Source: Marsupella aquatica
Taxonomy: Eukaryota; Plantae; Marchantiophyta
Direction of reading: 5' to 3'
Length of the DNA: 64,000 bases
NCBI GenBank assembly: GCA_973895155.1
Contig: OZ316892.1
Location: 25,629,233-25,693,232 of the forward strand
In this document: in pieces, positions 13,951 through 30,267 of the stretch
How positions within the stretch are numbered: the stretch's first letter is position 1
Layout of the letters: every line of letters begins with the position of its first letter
Position numbers and translations under genes: made by a program
The notes under the pieces: model-generated
Told to the model about the DNA's origin: nothing
The model's database searches: none
What the model saw: only the letters and a program-made list of their open reading frames with translations

Positions 13951-14975
13951 AGGAGTACCATAATATCCCAACATGTGATACATCTGTGATTGCTCAACTT
14001 GGCAGCAACATCTGCACAAAAGAGTACCATAATATATTAACATTTGATTATTGTTGTTAGATATTTACTCTTAGGTCTAAAGTAACCCTATTAAATTTGG
14101 TTAGGTTAACCATGCTATATGCTATATACACAAAGTATTTGAAGTCATTTGGAGTCATTTGAAAAAAAATGAGAGCTAGGGTAGTGTTGTGGAAACTGAT
14201 GGGCCTAGAGTACCATAAAGTTTTTGTGTGTTTTTGTGCACATAGGTGAATCATGTATGTCTCGTGTCAGTTACTTGTTTGTTTGATGATCACATGTGCA
14301 TGAGTACATCTATGCGCTCAATAGGTGTACAACCATGTTATCATTACGTTCATGTAGTTGTTGTGGTCATGCAGTTGTTGTGATAATGCTGTCATTCCGA
14401 CCATATTGTTGTTGCAACCATGTGTTCACCTGTGACCATTTGGTCAATGTGCCCATATTGTTATGGCATCCATGAGGTAGTTGCAGCCATGATGTAGTTA
14501 TGGCCATGCAGTCATGTTAACAGGTGTGCAGGTTTAGTGTGCCGATTTCTTCAAATTTGTATAGTGAGTAGGTCCCCAAGCTAGGCAACACCATCTGAGC
14601 CCAAATGGCTTTAGATAACAATGTTATGAGTGAAAAACTCTTTTGAATGCAACTTAGGATGGTGACTACCCTAGTAGCACAAAAACTAGCACCCTGAAAA
14701 CTCAAAATAAACACCTGAAATTTTTTAAGTTAGTACTGGTAGTTAAATATGCACACTGTCACCACTAATTATTGACATATCTAAAACAAAAAACGAAACA
14801 AAAAACTGATTTGAGTACCCAATTTCAGAAGTCCTTGGCATAACTTTTTGACTTTCACCAAGGAAAACACATACCAGTTGAAGAAGTATTTTTAACATAA
14901 AGTATTCTTATAGTTTAAGTTAAGAATTCAAAATAATTATATAGATAAAGTATGAACGCAGTGATGGTCAAGCGA

Positions 14976-15130
14976 AGGCATATGGTCTAGTAAAATGATT
15001 CTCGCTGACGCCGCAAGTTCGATTCTCACAGTGCCCCAAACAATGGTACTGTTTTTGTCACAAATTCACACTAAAATGGATTTCTCGCTTCTGGTGCGCG
15101 AGGCCGCGAGTTCGATTCTCGCAATGCCCC
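14976..15130 (+). pseudogene. Two tandem degenerate tRNA-Pro-derived sequences (tRNA pseudogenes or SINE heads)
   Basis: Copy 1 (14976-15037): GGCATATGGTCTAGT..ATGATTCTCGCT..GTTCGATTCTCACAGTGCCCC, with the anticodon arm deleted. Copy 2 (~15073-15130): TTCTCGCTTCTGGTGCGCGAGGCCGCGAGTTCGATTCTCGCAATGCCCC, lacking the 5' stem and A box. Both resemble plant nuclear tRNA-Pro; neither folds into a full cloverleaf. Confidence 0.7.
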
Positions 15131-15709
15131 AAATCGCGATATATTGTTTTACGCCACAAATTCACGCTAATACGCATGACACGAGGTTTTCATTCCTACC
15201 CGTAGTTTTTTCCCACACGAATCCCACAGGAAGGGCTTTGATCCCCGTTCGTCATTCTTCATGGAGTGACTCTCATCCGAATCGCAACCTGAGGGTTGTT
15301 TGAGTGTTCACCGTCGTGACTGCCAATTGAAATTGAAGCTCGGAGGAGTTTTTTCTTGCTCGTTCCATTTCCCGTTTCAGACTGAGGTGCGGAGGCGGAG
15401 TGGACTGACCTCCTGAAGGAGCAGGCAAAAGCGGTGACAAGTTTGAGCTCTGAATCGCTACCTGAGAATGGTTAAGAGTGTCCATTCTCGTTGACTGATG
15501 AGTGACTTTGAAGTTTGGAGGGAACAGGTTTTGGAACTGTTCATTACTTTCCAGTTTTCCGTTTCAAAGATTGCCGCGTTTCTGCGTTTGGTGAGGATCG
15601 ATTGAAGTTTCGTCGATGTTGGTTGGGATTCTCTGTCTTTCAAATCCTTCTCGTCGTCGACTGTAGATAGGCGGAGAGAGAACAGAGAGGGAGATCTAGA
15701 AATTAGTTG

Positions 15710-19762
<4,053 letters not shown>

Positions 19763-21702
19763 TATTCCTTTTCAGGGAGTAAGACAGTTGCCTGGTTCAT
19801 GGCTTCTGTTTTTTGTGCCGCACACTTAACTTATAGATTTTAGAGTGCTTGAAAAATCATGCTGCGGACAACAAGCTGGAAGAGTTCCTCAGACGGAACT
19901 ATTTTTGAAAGATCTTCTAGCACGAAGTGTCAATGTCATCTGTTTTTCATAAGCTATCTGCGGAAGATTGGTCTCACCAGTCTTGTGGCTAGAAGTCCTG
20001 TTGGAGTCATAGAAACACGACTGTCTTTGACTTCTGTCCAGGTGAAGAGATTTTGTGTATGATTTGGACGTTTGATGTACGTTATTCTCCAGTGGGAAAT
20101 ACAGACATGTTTTGTCTAACGGGCAAGTGGCTTGTATTGTCAATCTCCATTATAGCAGAGATGAATTTTTTTAAAACTCATTTATCAGATCTATGGCACT
20201 TAAAAGCAAATTCTAAACAGCGCTCAGGATCTGAGCGGAAAAGGTCCACGTTTTTGCACTAAGCCACCGCAAAACATGACCCGGAAAGTTGGGGGAATGG
20301 CTTTCAGGGGTTTAAGGGAGAGGGAAGCACTGTTAGCATGGGAGATAGTTGGCTCTACATGAGCTCGCACAAGGGAGGAAGATTTATAACACGATAACTG
20401 AGCATTGCTCTAGCTACAGGTGATCTCAAAGACAGCCAGCAAAGGCATTATAAGCTTGACAGTCACATCTGCCATCTCCAACGACTACCATTCAAAGATG
20501 CAAAGTTGACGACTTATTGGGTTAAAACCCAGAAATCTTCGCATGTCCTCACCATATAGCTGATAGTTAAATATACATTTGCTTAGTCATAAAAATTGAA
20601 TCTAGTGTAAAGACGGTCTATAACTTCTGTTGATTACTTTGTAGGTGTCAAACTCAGCTGGTCAGTTTTTCATCCCCGCATCAAATTTAGTGCAGAAGAG
20701 AGTTTTTCAACACCACACCTTTTAATTATTAGTAGTAATCTATTTTTACAAGTTGATAATTCATGTTATTTGGAGAACACATTTGTAATATTGGATACTT
20801 TGGGTCCAGCTTAATAAACAACTCTCCTGAATGCCCATTCTTTGCATGTAAATAGAACACCTTTTAATGAGGAGGTGAACAAAGAGTTAGCCCCCAAGTC
20901 AACACTTCATCTCTAAAAGAAGCTTTTGGCCCAAAATTGGTAGTCATTAATATGGCGCAATCCCTGCTTGTACCAATAAGAAATAACATAGCAGCTCGGT
21001 CCCCCTCTTGTTTTCAAAGAACTCTATAGCCTAGTTTCCATAAAAGTCCACAAATCATCACCAACCAAACCTCAATTGTCACAACCTCTTTTTTCTCAAT
21101 GACATCTTGGTCAACACGATATTTTTTTGCTCAATGACATTTTGGCCAACACAACATCTTTTGTGCAATGCACGAGTATTCCAAACCTCAAATTGTCACA
21201 TCTGTTTGTTCAACTACATCTTGGCCAATACAACATCTGTTGTACAACACACGAATATTGAGCTAGTAAATACTATAAAGATAAAATGAAAATTTAATTT
21301 TTTTATAAAGAATATAAAAACAAAACTACATAAATTACATTCTTCACAATTATAGTCACCCATTTTACTTGCAGAGATGAAACTGTATTTTTCACAATTA
21401 TGCACATTTGTTTTAGTTGTAGAGGTGGAGTCAGAGTATACTAATTTTACATTTCCTTCTAATAATACAAATGCCTTTAACATCATATAATGATTGAGTA
21501 CATTCTTAAATATTCATATATGTATAATTACATTGTGCCGTACACAACTTGTAGGGCTAGATATTCCCTCACAATTATTACCACCTAGGTACGTTATTGT
21601 CTTGTCACCTTTCGTTACCACCAGCTTTGCTTCACACTGATTTCTTACTGATCAAAGGCTGGAATTAGAACATGACATAAATCCAATGGTCAGCCAGGGT
21701 TC

Positions 21703-21826
21703 TCATCCAATCTCATTTTGTAAAGGGACAATTGATAACTTTTAGCGGGATTGAATATTATAGTTCCCATCCAATCTGATTTTGTAAAGGACAATTGACA
21801 ACTTTTGGCGGGATTGAATATTATAG
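21703..21826. repeat. ~62-bp tandem duplication
   Basis: CATCCAATCT(C/G)ATTTTGTAAAGG..ACAATTGA..ACTTTT..GCGGGATTGAATATTATAG occurs twice. Confidence 0.7.
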
Positions 21827-22994
21827 CTGTAGATTATTATAGAAACACTGTTTTAGTCTATGGTTACTTGGGTTAACTTGACTTCCACCAATGCAGTGCT
21901 GCTGATTGCATGGAATTTCCATTAGGATGGGATGGTTTCACGCAGTTGTTGAAATTTCCTAGAGTAATCTGGTCACGTATAGTGCCAATATGTCTCATAT
22001 AGGATGGAATCTGATCCATGGTTAACCCTTGTTTGAGTTTGGTATAGGTGCTCTGAAATAATGGCAGTACAGATACAAAAACAAAACCATGACTGATTTT
22101 GTAATTACCCTCATCTTGTTCAACAGTTGTGAAGAAAAAACAGTAGCTGCCAGTTAGTCCGGTTCTCTGCAACATGATTTTGTTTTTGTGGCAAACTTTC
22201 TATAAATTCCGGCTCTTTTTTTGTGGCAAACTTTCCATAAATTCCGGCTCTTTGAAAGCTCTACGAGACTTTTCAGTTCTCCGCTGAGTAGGGGGTTAGC
22301 CTTCACCTCTCATATGTTGATTACTTTTTGTTCCTTGTTCCTTTGTTGGCTTTTGGTTGGGGATCCCTTTGTAGGCTGCAATAGGACTGTCGACTCTGTG
22401 AAGGAGAAGATGTCAAAATATTCTTTATCTGATTTCCCTGATGTCAGATCTCACTAGACTTAAGGATGATTGTGAGATTCTGGCTAATGGGGCCTGTGAT
22501 TTGGTGGGACACTGGCTAACGAGTACAAAATAAAAGTAGCCAATTTTTGCCAAAGTGACAAAAGCTTGTTGGGGACTTGGAATTTGGCGAATTTTTGCCA
22601 CAACAAAGAAAGGCTGCTCTGAATACTCCAGTGAATGTGTGAGGGCCCTAACAAGTCACTTCAAATATGGGGTTTGTTTAATTAAAGCGCCCCATCAAGT
22701 CTGGAAATAGGGGACCCACTGGAGGCTTCCAATTAGCCAGATTTTGCACTTATGGAGTTTGCACTTAGGAAGAGCCTAATGGCGACTGGACTGTCCGTCT
22801 GTCAAGCTCTTCTGTACAACATTATTTTCAGTGGCAAAAATAGCCAAATTCTTTGCATCTCACCGAAAAGTGTACGACAACTTTTAGCCCTTTTTGGCTA
22901 AAACGGGCCAAGCTTTTTGTTCTTGATTGCAATAATGGCAAAAATTAGCCAAATTCTCACTCAAAAGACACTTTCACACATCTGGCACGCTTTT

Positions 22995-23375
22995 TACTTA
23001 GATCAACCACTTTCCAATATAGCCACAGAGTCACAGACGGACAGACCTCACTTGTCAGAATCTGACATGTACCCTAACATCTAGGGAGATCCAATGGTCA
23101 GAAACTTCTGGCTAAATTTGGTAAGATTGCTTTTTTCTTGGATCAGCCACTTTCCAATATAGCCACAGACTGACAGACCTCACTTGTTGGAATCTGGATC
23201 TAATGGTCATAAACTTCTGGCTAAATCTAATGGTCATAAAATTCTGGCTAAATTTGGTGAATTTTTTTTGTCTGGGATTAGCCACTTTCTGACTTTCCCA
23301 AGCCACAGACCTGAGACCCCACTAGTCAGAATCTGACAGTCCTCCGTAAATCTAGGCAGATCTAATGGTCAGAAA
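22995..23375. repeat. Degenerate tandem repeats upstream of the TRF4-like gene
   Basis: The motifs GCCACTTTCCAATATAGCCACAGA, GACCTCACTTGT..GAATCTG and ATCTAATGGTCA..AACTTCTGGCTAAAT each recur about 3 times. Confidence 0.6.
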
Positions 23376-24436
23376 GTCATTCTTAGAGAAGTAATCTGCT
23401 GAGCATCTTCTCTTTCACAGAAGGTCACAAATTGGGATTGGGAGAAAAAGAGTCTCTCGTGACCGCTTTTCAGGCGATTCTCTCGTGAACTGGTGTTCAT
23501 TTCTCTTAGGACTGGTTGATTTTGTTGTACCTTCCGACGTCTGGGTGCTCAAAATCGTGCTCTCGTAATTGGCACTGATCGCGCTGGATCGATTGGTGAT
23601 AACAGAATGCCTTCACGAGTGTCTGTCGATACCTGCAATGCAACATTTCTCTTCTATGGCTTTGATTCCAATGTGGAGAGCTGAAGACACAGTTTTTGCT
23701 CTCTTTGCAAGTTTTCTATTGTGTTTGAAGGAAAGACATCTTGCATTAGAGAGGTAAGAAGCTTTTGACGGCCTGATTGGCTGTGCTGTGCCTTTGTCGG
23801 TGCTCGGAATCATGCTCTCGGAGTGATGGTGCTCTACGCATTTCTCGCGCATTCATGCTGTTCGCGGAGCTTGGTTGCATTCCTGTTGTGACGGTTTAAG
23901 TTGTTTCTGGTTTAATTCGCTGTGATGGCGAGGTTTCTCGTTCGTTGCAACTCATGTTACTGGTTGGTGCGTCTAATTTATGTTGTCTGAGAGGACAATT
24001 CAGTTGTGTAGAGGTAGCTGTAATGAGGTAGGCATTTGTCTGAATGGGGTTTTGTCAATATGTAAAATCGTCCAATGAGTGTCTGAAGCTCCATTCTCAT
24101 TCTGTCGAGCATTCTGTGCTTTGCAGCTTTGGGCCGATTGATTGAATGAGCGCTTGCCATTTTGGTATCGTGCTCAGCACAGGCATATTTACTGGTGTAT
24201 GAATTATGATCGAGTCGACTTGTTGTGAGATGAGAGCTCGAATTGAGTAGTTCATCGGTAGAAACTACAGTCATGTCGGCCGATTTTCATTCTGAGAGAC
24301 TGAAGTTTCCAAGGAACGGTGGATAGACTCTACTGGAGGAGATTTCTTGGCTACGATATCATAGAAAGGGTTCAAAATCATGGTACAGGCTCAGGATAGG
24401 CTCGGACGAAGTTAGTACGGGCAGGAGAAGACTGCG

Positions 24437-26992
24437 ATGGCGGCCATGCCCAGGGTAGCGGCAGACGTGCAGCCAGTGGGAGGAGTGCAAGAGGCTCCGC
24501 CGCCAATGGACTTAGAAAGGATATTGTCTGCGAGCACAATGAAGGAGTGGTGGAGCTTGTTATCAACGAGTGTCGGTCCCGATCTTTCTCAGCTCCATTG
24601 GGACATCTTAAGCTTTTGCAAAGCGCATGAATTGACACCTCACCAAATCCAGTTGAGAAAGGACGCTGTGGCGTGTGTAGAGCGTGCAGTGCACGAAATT
24701 TGGCCAATTGCTGAAACGCATTTGTTCGGGTCTACAGCCACAGGCTTGGCTCTGCCGTCGAGCGACATAGATCTGGTGATCATGCCCCCGAAGGATCTAG
24801 GCTCCGCTTGGCGTAACCCGACACCAATGTCATGGCAAAATGCGTTGAGCAGAAAGTTAAATGGGCTCGGACAGTGCCGTTCCCTTAAGAAAATCCCCTT
24901 TGCAAAGGTTCCAATTCTCAAAATGGTGTTCAATTCCGGAATCGCCTGCGATATTTCCTTCGATGCTCGCAACAGCCACGCTGGTGTCTCCGTGATCCGC
25001 CATTTTGTGGAGCAATACGAATCTTGTCGCCCACTGTGTCTAGTGCTCAAATTCTTTCTCAGAGGGAACAACTTGAACGATCTTCACATTGGCGGACTCA
25101 GCAGTTTTTGCGTCATCACTATGGTCATCAGTCATCTTCAAAAAACGGCCTCGATTGTTGAAGCTGGACGTGGCGACCTTGGGACTTTGCTATTGTCCTT
25201 TCTCGCGTATTACAGCAACATACACAGTTACAGAACGGAAGTGGTATCCACAAGGTCTGGCTTTTGCGGCTCCAAGGAGGACAAGGGGTGGGTGAGCCAG
25301 AAAAACCCTCAGCTTCTGGCCGTAGAGGATCCTCTTGACCCCACGTCGGACATCGCAAAGGGCTCGTATAGAATTGAGCAGGTACGCAACAAGTTCTCGG
25401 TGGCACAGAGAGCGTTGCTTACCAACTGGCACAAGGAACACGTTTTGGCGCCGATTGTTGGCACCACTTCCAACCAGAATGAAACGCCAGCTGCACCCTC
25501 CCCTGAGAAGTCGAAAACATCGAAGCGGGGAGGAAGGAAGAAACATCGTACCGCCAGTCGCCAAGACGAGTACATCCTCTCTCAGCAGCCAGCTCTCAAG
25601 ATTCCACGGAGACATCATGCTCCACAAGGGAGTGGTCTGGTGACAAGGAGTCAGCTGAACCGGATAATGCAGAACATTGGGGGCCCTACCGAGGAAGATC
25701 GCCTTATGCAGTCGGGCCATTCCCATCTCACTCAAGACGGTTTGGACGTTCCGGTAATTCGAAGAAATCAGGATGAAAGGATACTGGGAGACTTTTGGGA
25801 GTCGCACTTAACAACCCGATCGAAACCGAGGAAAAGTTCCCTGATGCTCTCTAGCGTTGGGGTTACTGACTTAAGTGCACAAGCTGAGCTAAGTCATAAA
25901 GTACCTCAGAGAATCAGCAAAGTACAGCCCAGTGTTCAGGATGAGAAGTTACTTAAGCACCGTGGCGCTGGAGGTGACAGCGAAGAGGTTCAGGCCGAAC
26001 GAGGTCAGTGTGGAAGCCAAATACTTTCAAAAATTCAGGAGGTGAAGTCAGTCGATGAGATCGTGGAGATCTGGGAGGCTCAATTGCCTCCGAGATTGAA
26101 GGCAGGTAATTGCTCGTCGAAGCAACTTTGTGCTGGATGTGAATACGAAGATACGCAGCCAGAGCAAAAGAGTCACCTGGAACATCATCCACCTACACAA
26201 TGCAGTGCGGTACTGGAAAGAAGCCCGGACGAGAGAAAGCTGGTTGATTTTGGGGAAACATATCTGAACCCGAAACCAGAGTCCAAGAAGGGCCCTTGGA
26301 ATGATCAGCAGGCTCCCCGAGCTGGAGATGAGGGACCGGAAGTGTGCCAAGACGAGAGAAAGCTGGTTGATTTCTGGGAGACACATTTGAACCCGAAACC
26401 AACGTCGGCGAGGGCCCCATGGGATGATCACCAGGCTCCCCCAGCCGGAGATGAGGGGCTGGAAATGTGCCTGGACGAGACAAAGCTGGTTGATTTCTGG
26501 GAGACACATTTGAACCCGAAACCAAAGTCGAAGAAGGGCCCTTGGAATGATCAGCAGGCTCCCGGAGCTGGAGATGAGCGACTGGACATGTGCCTGGACG
26601 AGAGAAAGCTGGTTGATTTCTGGGAGACACATTTGAACCCGAAACCAACGTCGGCGAGGGTCCCATGGGATGATCACCAGGCTCCCGGAGCTGGAGTTGA
26701 GGGACTGGAAATGTGCCTGGACGAGAGAAAGCTGGTTGAATTCTGGGAGACACATTTGAACCCGACAGCAAAGTCGAAGAAGGGCCCTTGGAATGATCAG
26801 CAGGCTGCTGAAGGTGCAAATGAAGGGGAACGTGCTGAGAAATGCAAGGATCATGGGTATGATAGGATATTGGTTGATTTTTGGGAAGCCAATTTGGCTG
26901 GGAGCCGCAAGTCAAGGAAATGTGCTTTGATACACGATACGATGGCAGGTGAAGAAGATATTTCACAGTGCAAAAGCACCACCAGGAGCTAA
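24437..26992 (+). CDS. TRF4/PAPD5-like non-canonical poly(A) polymerase (Pol-beta nucleotidyltransferase plus PAP-associated domain), single-exon CDS, with C-terminal tandem repeats
   Basis: Uninterrupted 851-aa ORF. Motifs: LFGSTATGLALPSSDIDLV (GS..DxD), AKVPILK, third catalytic Asp in CDISF, RPLCLVLKFFL..LNDLHIGGLSSF, and PAP-associated LAVEDPLDPTSDIAKGSY. A basic NLS-like stretch KRGGRKKHR follows. Confidence 0.9.
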   Translation: MAAMPRVAADVQPVGGVQEAPPPMDLERILSASTMKEWWSLLSTSVGPDLSQLHWDILSFCKAHELTPHQIQLRKDAVACVERAVHEIWPIAETHLFGSTATGLALPSSDIDLVIMPPKDLGSAWRNPTPMSWQNALSRKLNGLGQCRSLKKIPFAKVPILKMVFNSGIACDISFDARNSHAGVSVIRHFVEQYESCRPLCLVLKFFLRGNNLNDLHIGGLSSFCVITMVISHLQKTASIVEAGRGDLGTLLLSFLAYYSNIHSYRTEVVSTRSGFCGSKEDKGWVSQKNPQLLAVEDPLDPTSDIAKGSYRIEQVRNKFSVAQRALLTNWHKEHVLAPIVGTTSNQNETPAAPSPEKSKTSKRGGRKKHRTASRQDEYILSQQPALKIPRRHHAPQGSGLVTRSQLNRIMQNIGGPTEEDRLMQSGHSHLTQDGLDVPVIRRNQDERILGDFWESHLTTRSKPRKSSLMLSSVGVTDLSAQAELSHKVPQRISKVQPSVQDEKLLKHRGAGGDSEEVQAERGQCGSQILSKIQEVKSVDEIVEIWEAQLPPRLKAGNCSSKQLCAGCEYEDTQPEQKSHLEHHPPTQCSAVLERSPDERKLVDFGETYLNPKPESKKGPWNDQQAPRAGDEGPEVCQDERKLVDFWETHLNPKPTSARAPWDDHQAPPAGDEGLEMCLDETKLVDFWETHLNPKPKSKKGPWNDQQAPGAGDERLDMCLDERKLVDFWETHLNPKPTSARVPWDDHQAPGAGVEGLEMCLDERKLVEFWETHLNPTAKSKKGPWNDQQAAEGANEGERAEKCKDHGYDRILVDFWEANLAGSRKSRKCALIHDTMAGEEDISQCKSTTRS
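26228..26820 (+). repeat. Coding tandem repeat, 5 x 123 bp (41 aa), alternating A/B units
   Basis: Units begin GACGAGA.AAAGCTGGTTGA at 26228, 26351, 26474, 26597 and 26720. Confidence 0.95.
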
Positions 26993-27674
26993 CTACACAA
27001 GGCAGTTCCCTCGCGGGAAGGAGCGAGGAAGAGGCAATATTGTCGAACTTCTGGGAAGTGTGTTTAAATCCAGCAATTTCAAGGAAATGTTACCTGAGAC
27101 GCAAATCGACGGCAGTCGTCTAGTGGGCGGGACTGAAGATCTGGGTAACACTTTGTAAGGCGCATCTGACTTCCCAGAGTCTGCAATCTTGGAAGGGTAC
27201 TCACTTGAAGCATTATACAACTTGCAGTGGAGAAGTCGCTCTTGAGGTAGTGGAAATTTCATCCGAAATAGCCTTAAAGAGACATAGATGTTTAATCATG
27301 ATCTGTGCTTACAAATGTTTCCCAGATGCGTACAATGCTGTATAGTCTTTCCATGTTGGCAAAAAAGGTTCACAAATGTTCTCAATGTTCTTGCAGAACT
27401 AAGCGGGAGACGTTTGCTTGTGTGTTGACCAGATTTGCATGGCAATAACCGATCAGCAGAGGTGCATTTTTTGGTGGATTGTGTCAGCGAAGCTCCTGGT
27501 TTGAGACTCCCCGGGTGGCGAATCACTGCCTGTTGGTGCGTACTAGAGAGCGTAAACCGTGACCTAGGTTTGTCTTCAATTACGCCCTACTCGGATTAAT
27601 AGCGGAAAGAGCTTTGTAATGAGTTGAAGATAATGTAGAAATTGTTGTCGCTGACCGTGGCATAGTTGTGGCAG

Positions 27675-27870
27675 GCAACTGCAAAAGGACAGATGCATTG
27701 ATAAGGAAGGACAGATGCACTGATAAGGAAGTACAGTATGGTGAGCGGTTGGCGACAGAAGACGGGAAGGAGCAGTTGGCGACAGAGGACGGGTAGGAGC
27801 GCTTGCTACTTTGTTATGGTTTCAGTTAGAGAGACTTCCTTATCAGTGCATCTGTCCTTTTGCAGTTGCA
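27675..27870. repeat. Small inverted repeat (possible MITE relic) between convergent genes
   Basis: GCAACTGCAAAAGGACAGATGCA.TGATAAGGAAG on the left; CTTCCTTATCAGTGCATCTGTCCTTTTGCAGTTGC on the right. Confidence 0.6.
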
Positions 27871-28348
27871 CTGATAAGGAAGTCTCTCGTCAGACCACGT
27901 CATTTTTTTTTCTGTTTCAATTGCCGTTGAGTATGGAGGACAAAGTACCATTCTGCATACTTAAAAGTCCAGTGGAGACGCTAAAAAAATGGCTTTCAAG
28001 CTTGTCACACCCACTGAGGATTTATGCAATGAGCTGCTTGCTCATTATTGTAGCAGAGAAAATGTGATTCAATTTTCCTGAACTTTAGGAAGATTCATAA
28101 GCATGAGCTTGTTGCTTTTTCTCCACCTACTTAACATGAAATTTTGGTGCCGGTATTGCCATTAATTAAATAGATGTAGTTGCCTCATGCATCCTCATTT
28201 TGAGAAATGCTCACTTAGGATCAACGTCCGTCCTATGGAGAAGTCCTATTAAGACAATGAGCCAAGTTTTAAGATCAACTTACAAGTCATTTACAAAAAG
28301 AAACTTACAACTGAACATGTGGATGACAATACCAAGGCGAAATGCTCA

Positions 28349-30267
28349 CTAGTCATTTGCTCTATCTACGTCCGGGTCATAGTATGTGTTTTCGAAACTT
28401 GGGATACCCCAACCGAGTTCCTCCTCCAAAGTTTTCAGCCGCCTCTGCTGCCCATCAAAGTCACCGATGGGCGTTGTAAAAGGATAGAAATACACCACTT
28501 TCCTGGCCATTGAACGGTATGTGACCACATCCTCTTTAATCAGGAATTCCATCACATCTCGCCCCAGAAATCCATCCGCTTCTGCAGCTAAGTAGGTACC
28601 TATCGAAAGGTATCACAACAGATGTGCGTAAGTATAACCTTCAGTAACAGGTGCATGTACGCAAGAAATGTATGACAGATATGAATCAACATGACGATTT
28701 CTCCAACCTGACAAGCAGATGCTTCTGGAAGGAAAGGGTAGAATCTATGAAAGTCGAGACAGGACATAAAATCGAGGTGACCTGGGGAGGAGTAAAGATG
28801 GTCAACTTACCACCACCCGCAATCTCCTCAATTTTCAGAATTGCTGGATTTTTCTGTGTGGACAATATTGCAGTCTCTATTTTCTGCGTTACAAAATATG
28901 ATTCATGTTACATGTCTCCCAATTATCGGATCCTTGCAGTCCCGATGTTTGTCAAAATGGGTCACATTGCCAAACAGAAACATCAAAAAGTGAAATCCTG
29001 TCTCGTCTACATCAAAATAGGAGCAAAAGTAATTAATAATTTTAAACTGGAAACTGGAAAAATTGAGAATAATTTTTCAATAGGTTTCTCCACCTTGACA
29101 GCGGTTGACGTGCTGCTCTCAGGTATGATCCATGGTGCTGCATATCCACCATTGTTCGACGATGTTGACATACAATTGGGGTTTATATCTAAAGGACAAG
29201 CTTGAATCCGTCTGCATGACAACGTACGATGGAACTGATTATCCGAAGATGAGGCAGAAATAAAAGGCCCACGGTGAGGAACAGCTCAAGAATAAAGCAG
29301 TCATTAATCTGCTGATATGAGAATCTGTGCAGGCCTAAGCAGACTGTGCAACACAGCGCAATTGTTTTCTCATTACTTTGAGACACTAATTCCCAATAGC
29401 AATCGGCCAATTTTCTCTTGTTTTAGACATAGTCTTAGTGAATTTCTTTCTCACTTCATACATACCAAAATTATCCCTATCCTATTGCCGTTCTCTCTCG
29501 CTTTAGGACATAATCGTTGGGTTCCCTTTTACATGATTTTTGAAATACAAATGCGGGCATTCTCTCTGCTCTCGTCATAGCTTCCGTCCGCACTATTTTG
29601 AGACGGAAGTTCAGCATCAGTAGGCCATGATATCTTACCGTAGGACTCTCATATCAGTTGGGACTCTCTTAATTTGATCGTATTCCTTGCGGATTTCTTT
29701 CAAAGCTACCTTGAGAAAAATATCGAAGTATCAAATGTTTGCCATCTTCTCATCCTTGAGACATTGTCTTTGACCATTTTCTCTCACAATTCTTTAAGAC
29801 GCAGCTTCAAGTTCTTGTAAAAGATGTAGTAGGTTGACATTTCTCACTCACCCTTTGACGAGACCCATCTTCATTCGGTCAGCAGATTTGGCGTAAGGTG
29901 TCGCAACGGCTGGGACATCAGGCGGAGGGAGCAGGTCCTCAGCAAACGCAGGCAAGAGATCCCAGGCAGTGATTGCTGCAGCTGTACAAAACCCACAGAC
30001 AATACCTCCCAGCATTTTGGTCAAGCTCCTGCCATCTCGCGAACCCACGTTGAGCTGAGTAGCCTCTCGAGAAGAATGGTCTTCATGTTGTGTTGCTGCT
30101 GCCAGCACAGTGCTGATTGAGCTATTGGCATGCTCCCACTTCCTTCTAATGTTTGCTGTACAGGATTTTGCTGCATGATTTCTGGACGAAGAGAACAGAA
30201 TTGCAGGCTCGGCAGCTGAAGCGAATGGAAGAATGGAAGACGGGAGGACATGGAGCAAGGAAGCCAT
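28349..30267 (-). CDS. Thylakoid lumenal 17.9-kDa protein-like (DUF1499-related), bipartite targeting peptide
   Basis: Four exons (~30267-29851, ~29211-29094, ~28885-28810, ~28598-28349). Transit peptide, then a hydrophobic segment ending in AFA (thylakoid peptidase site), then TPYAKS..MGLVKGRIQACPLDINPNCMST, TQKNP and DVMEFLIKEDVVTYRSMARKVVYFYPFTTPIGDFDGQ..LGW. These match the Arabidopsis TL17.9 family as I recall it. Confidence 0.85.

Noticed and set aside
14976-15130. Functional tRNA gene
   Set aside because: One copy lacks the anticodon arm and the other lacks the acceptor 5' strand and D arm, so both are reported as relics only.
26048-26966. Long antisense ORFs (268 aa and 257 aa) over the TRF4-like repeat
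   Set aside because: They are a by-product of a stop-poor 123-bp repeat and show no independent motifs.
28651-29205. 184-aa plus-strand ORF
   Set aside because: It is antisense to exons and introns of the TL17.9-like gene, has a non-ATG start and shows no motif.
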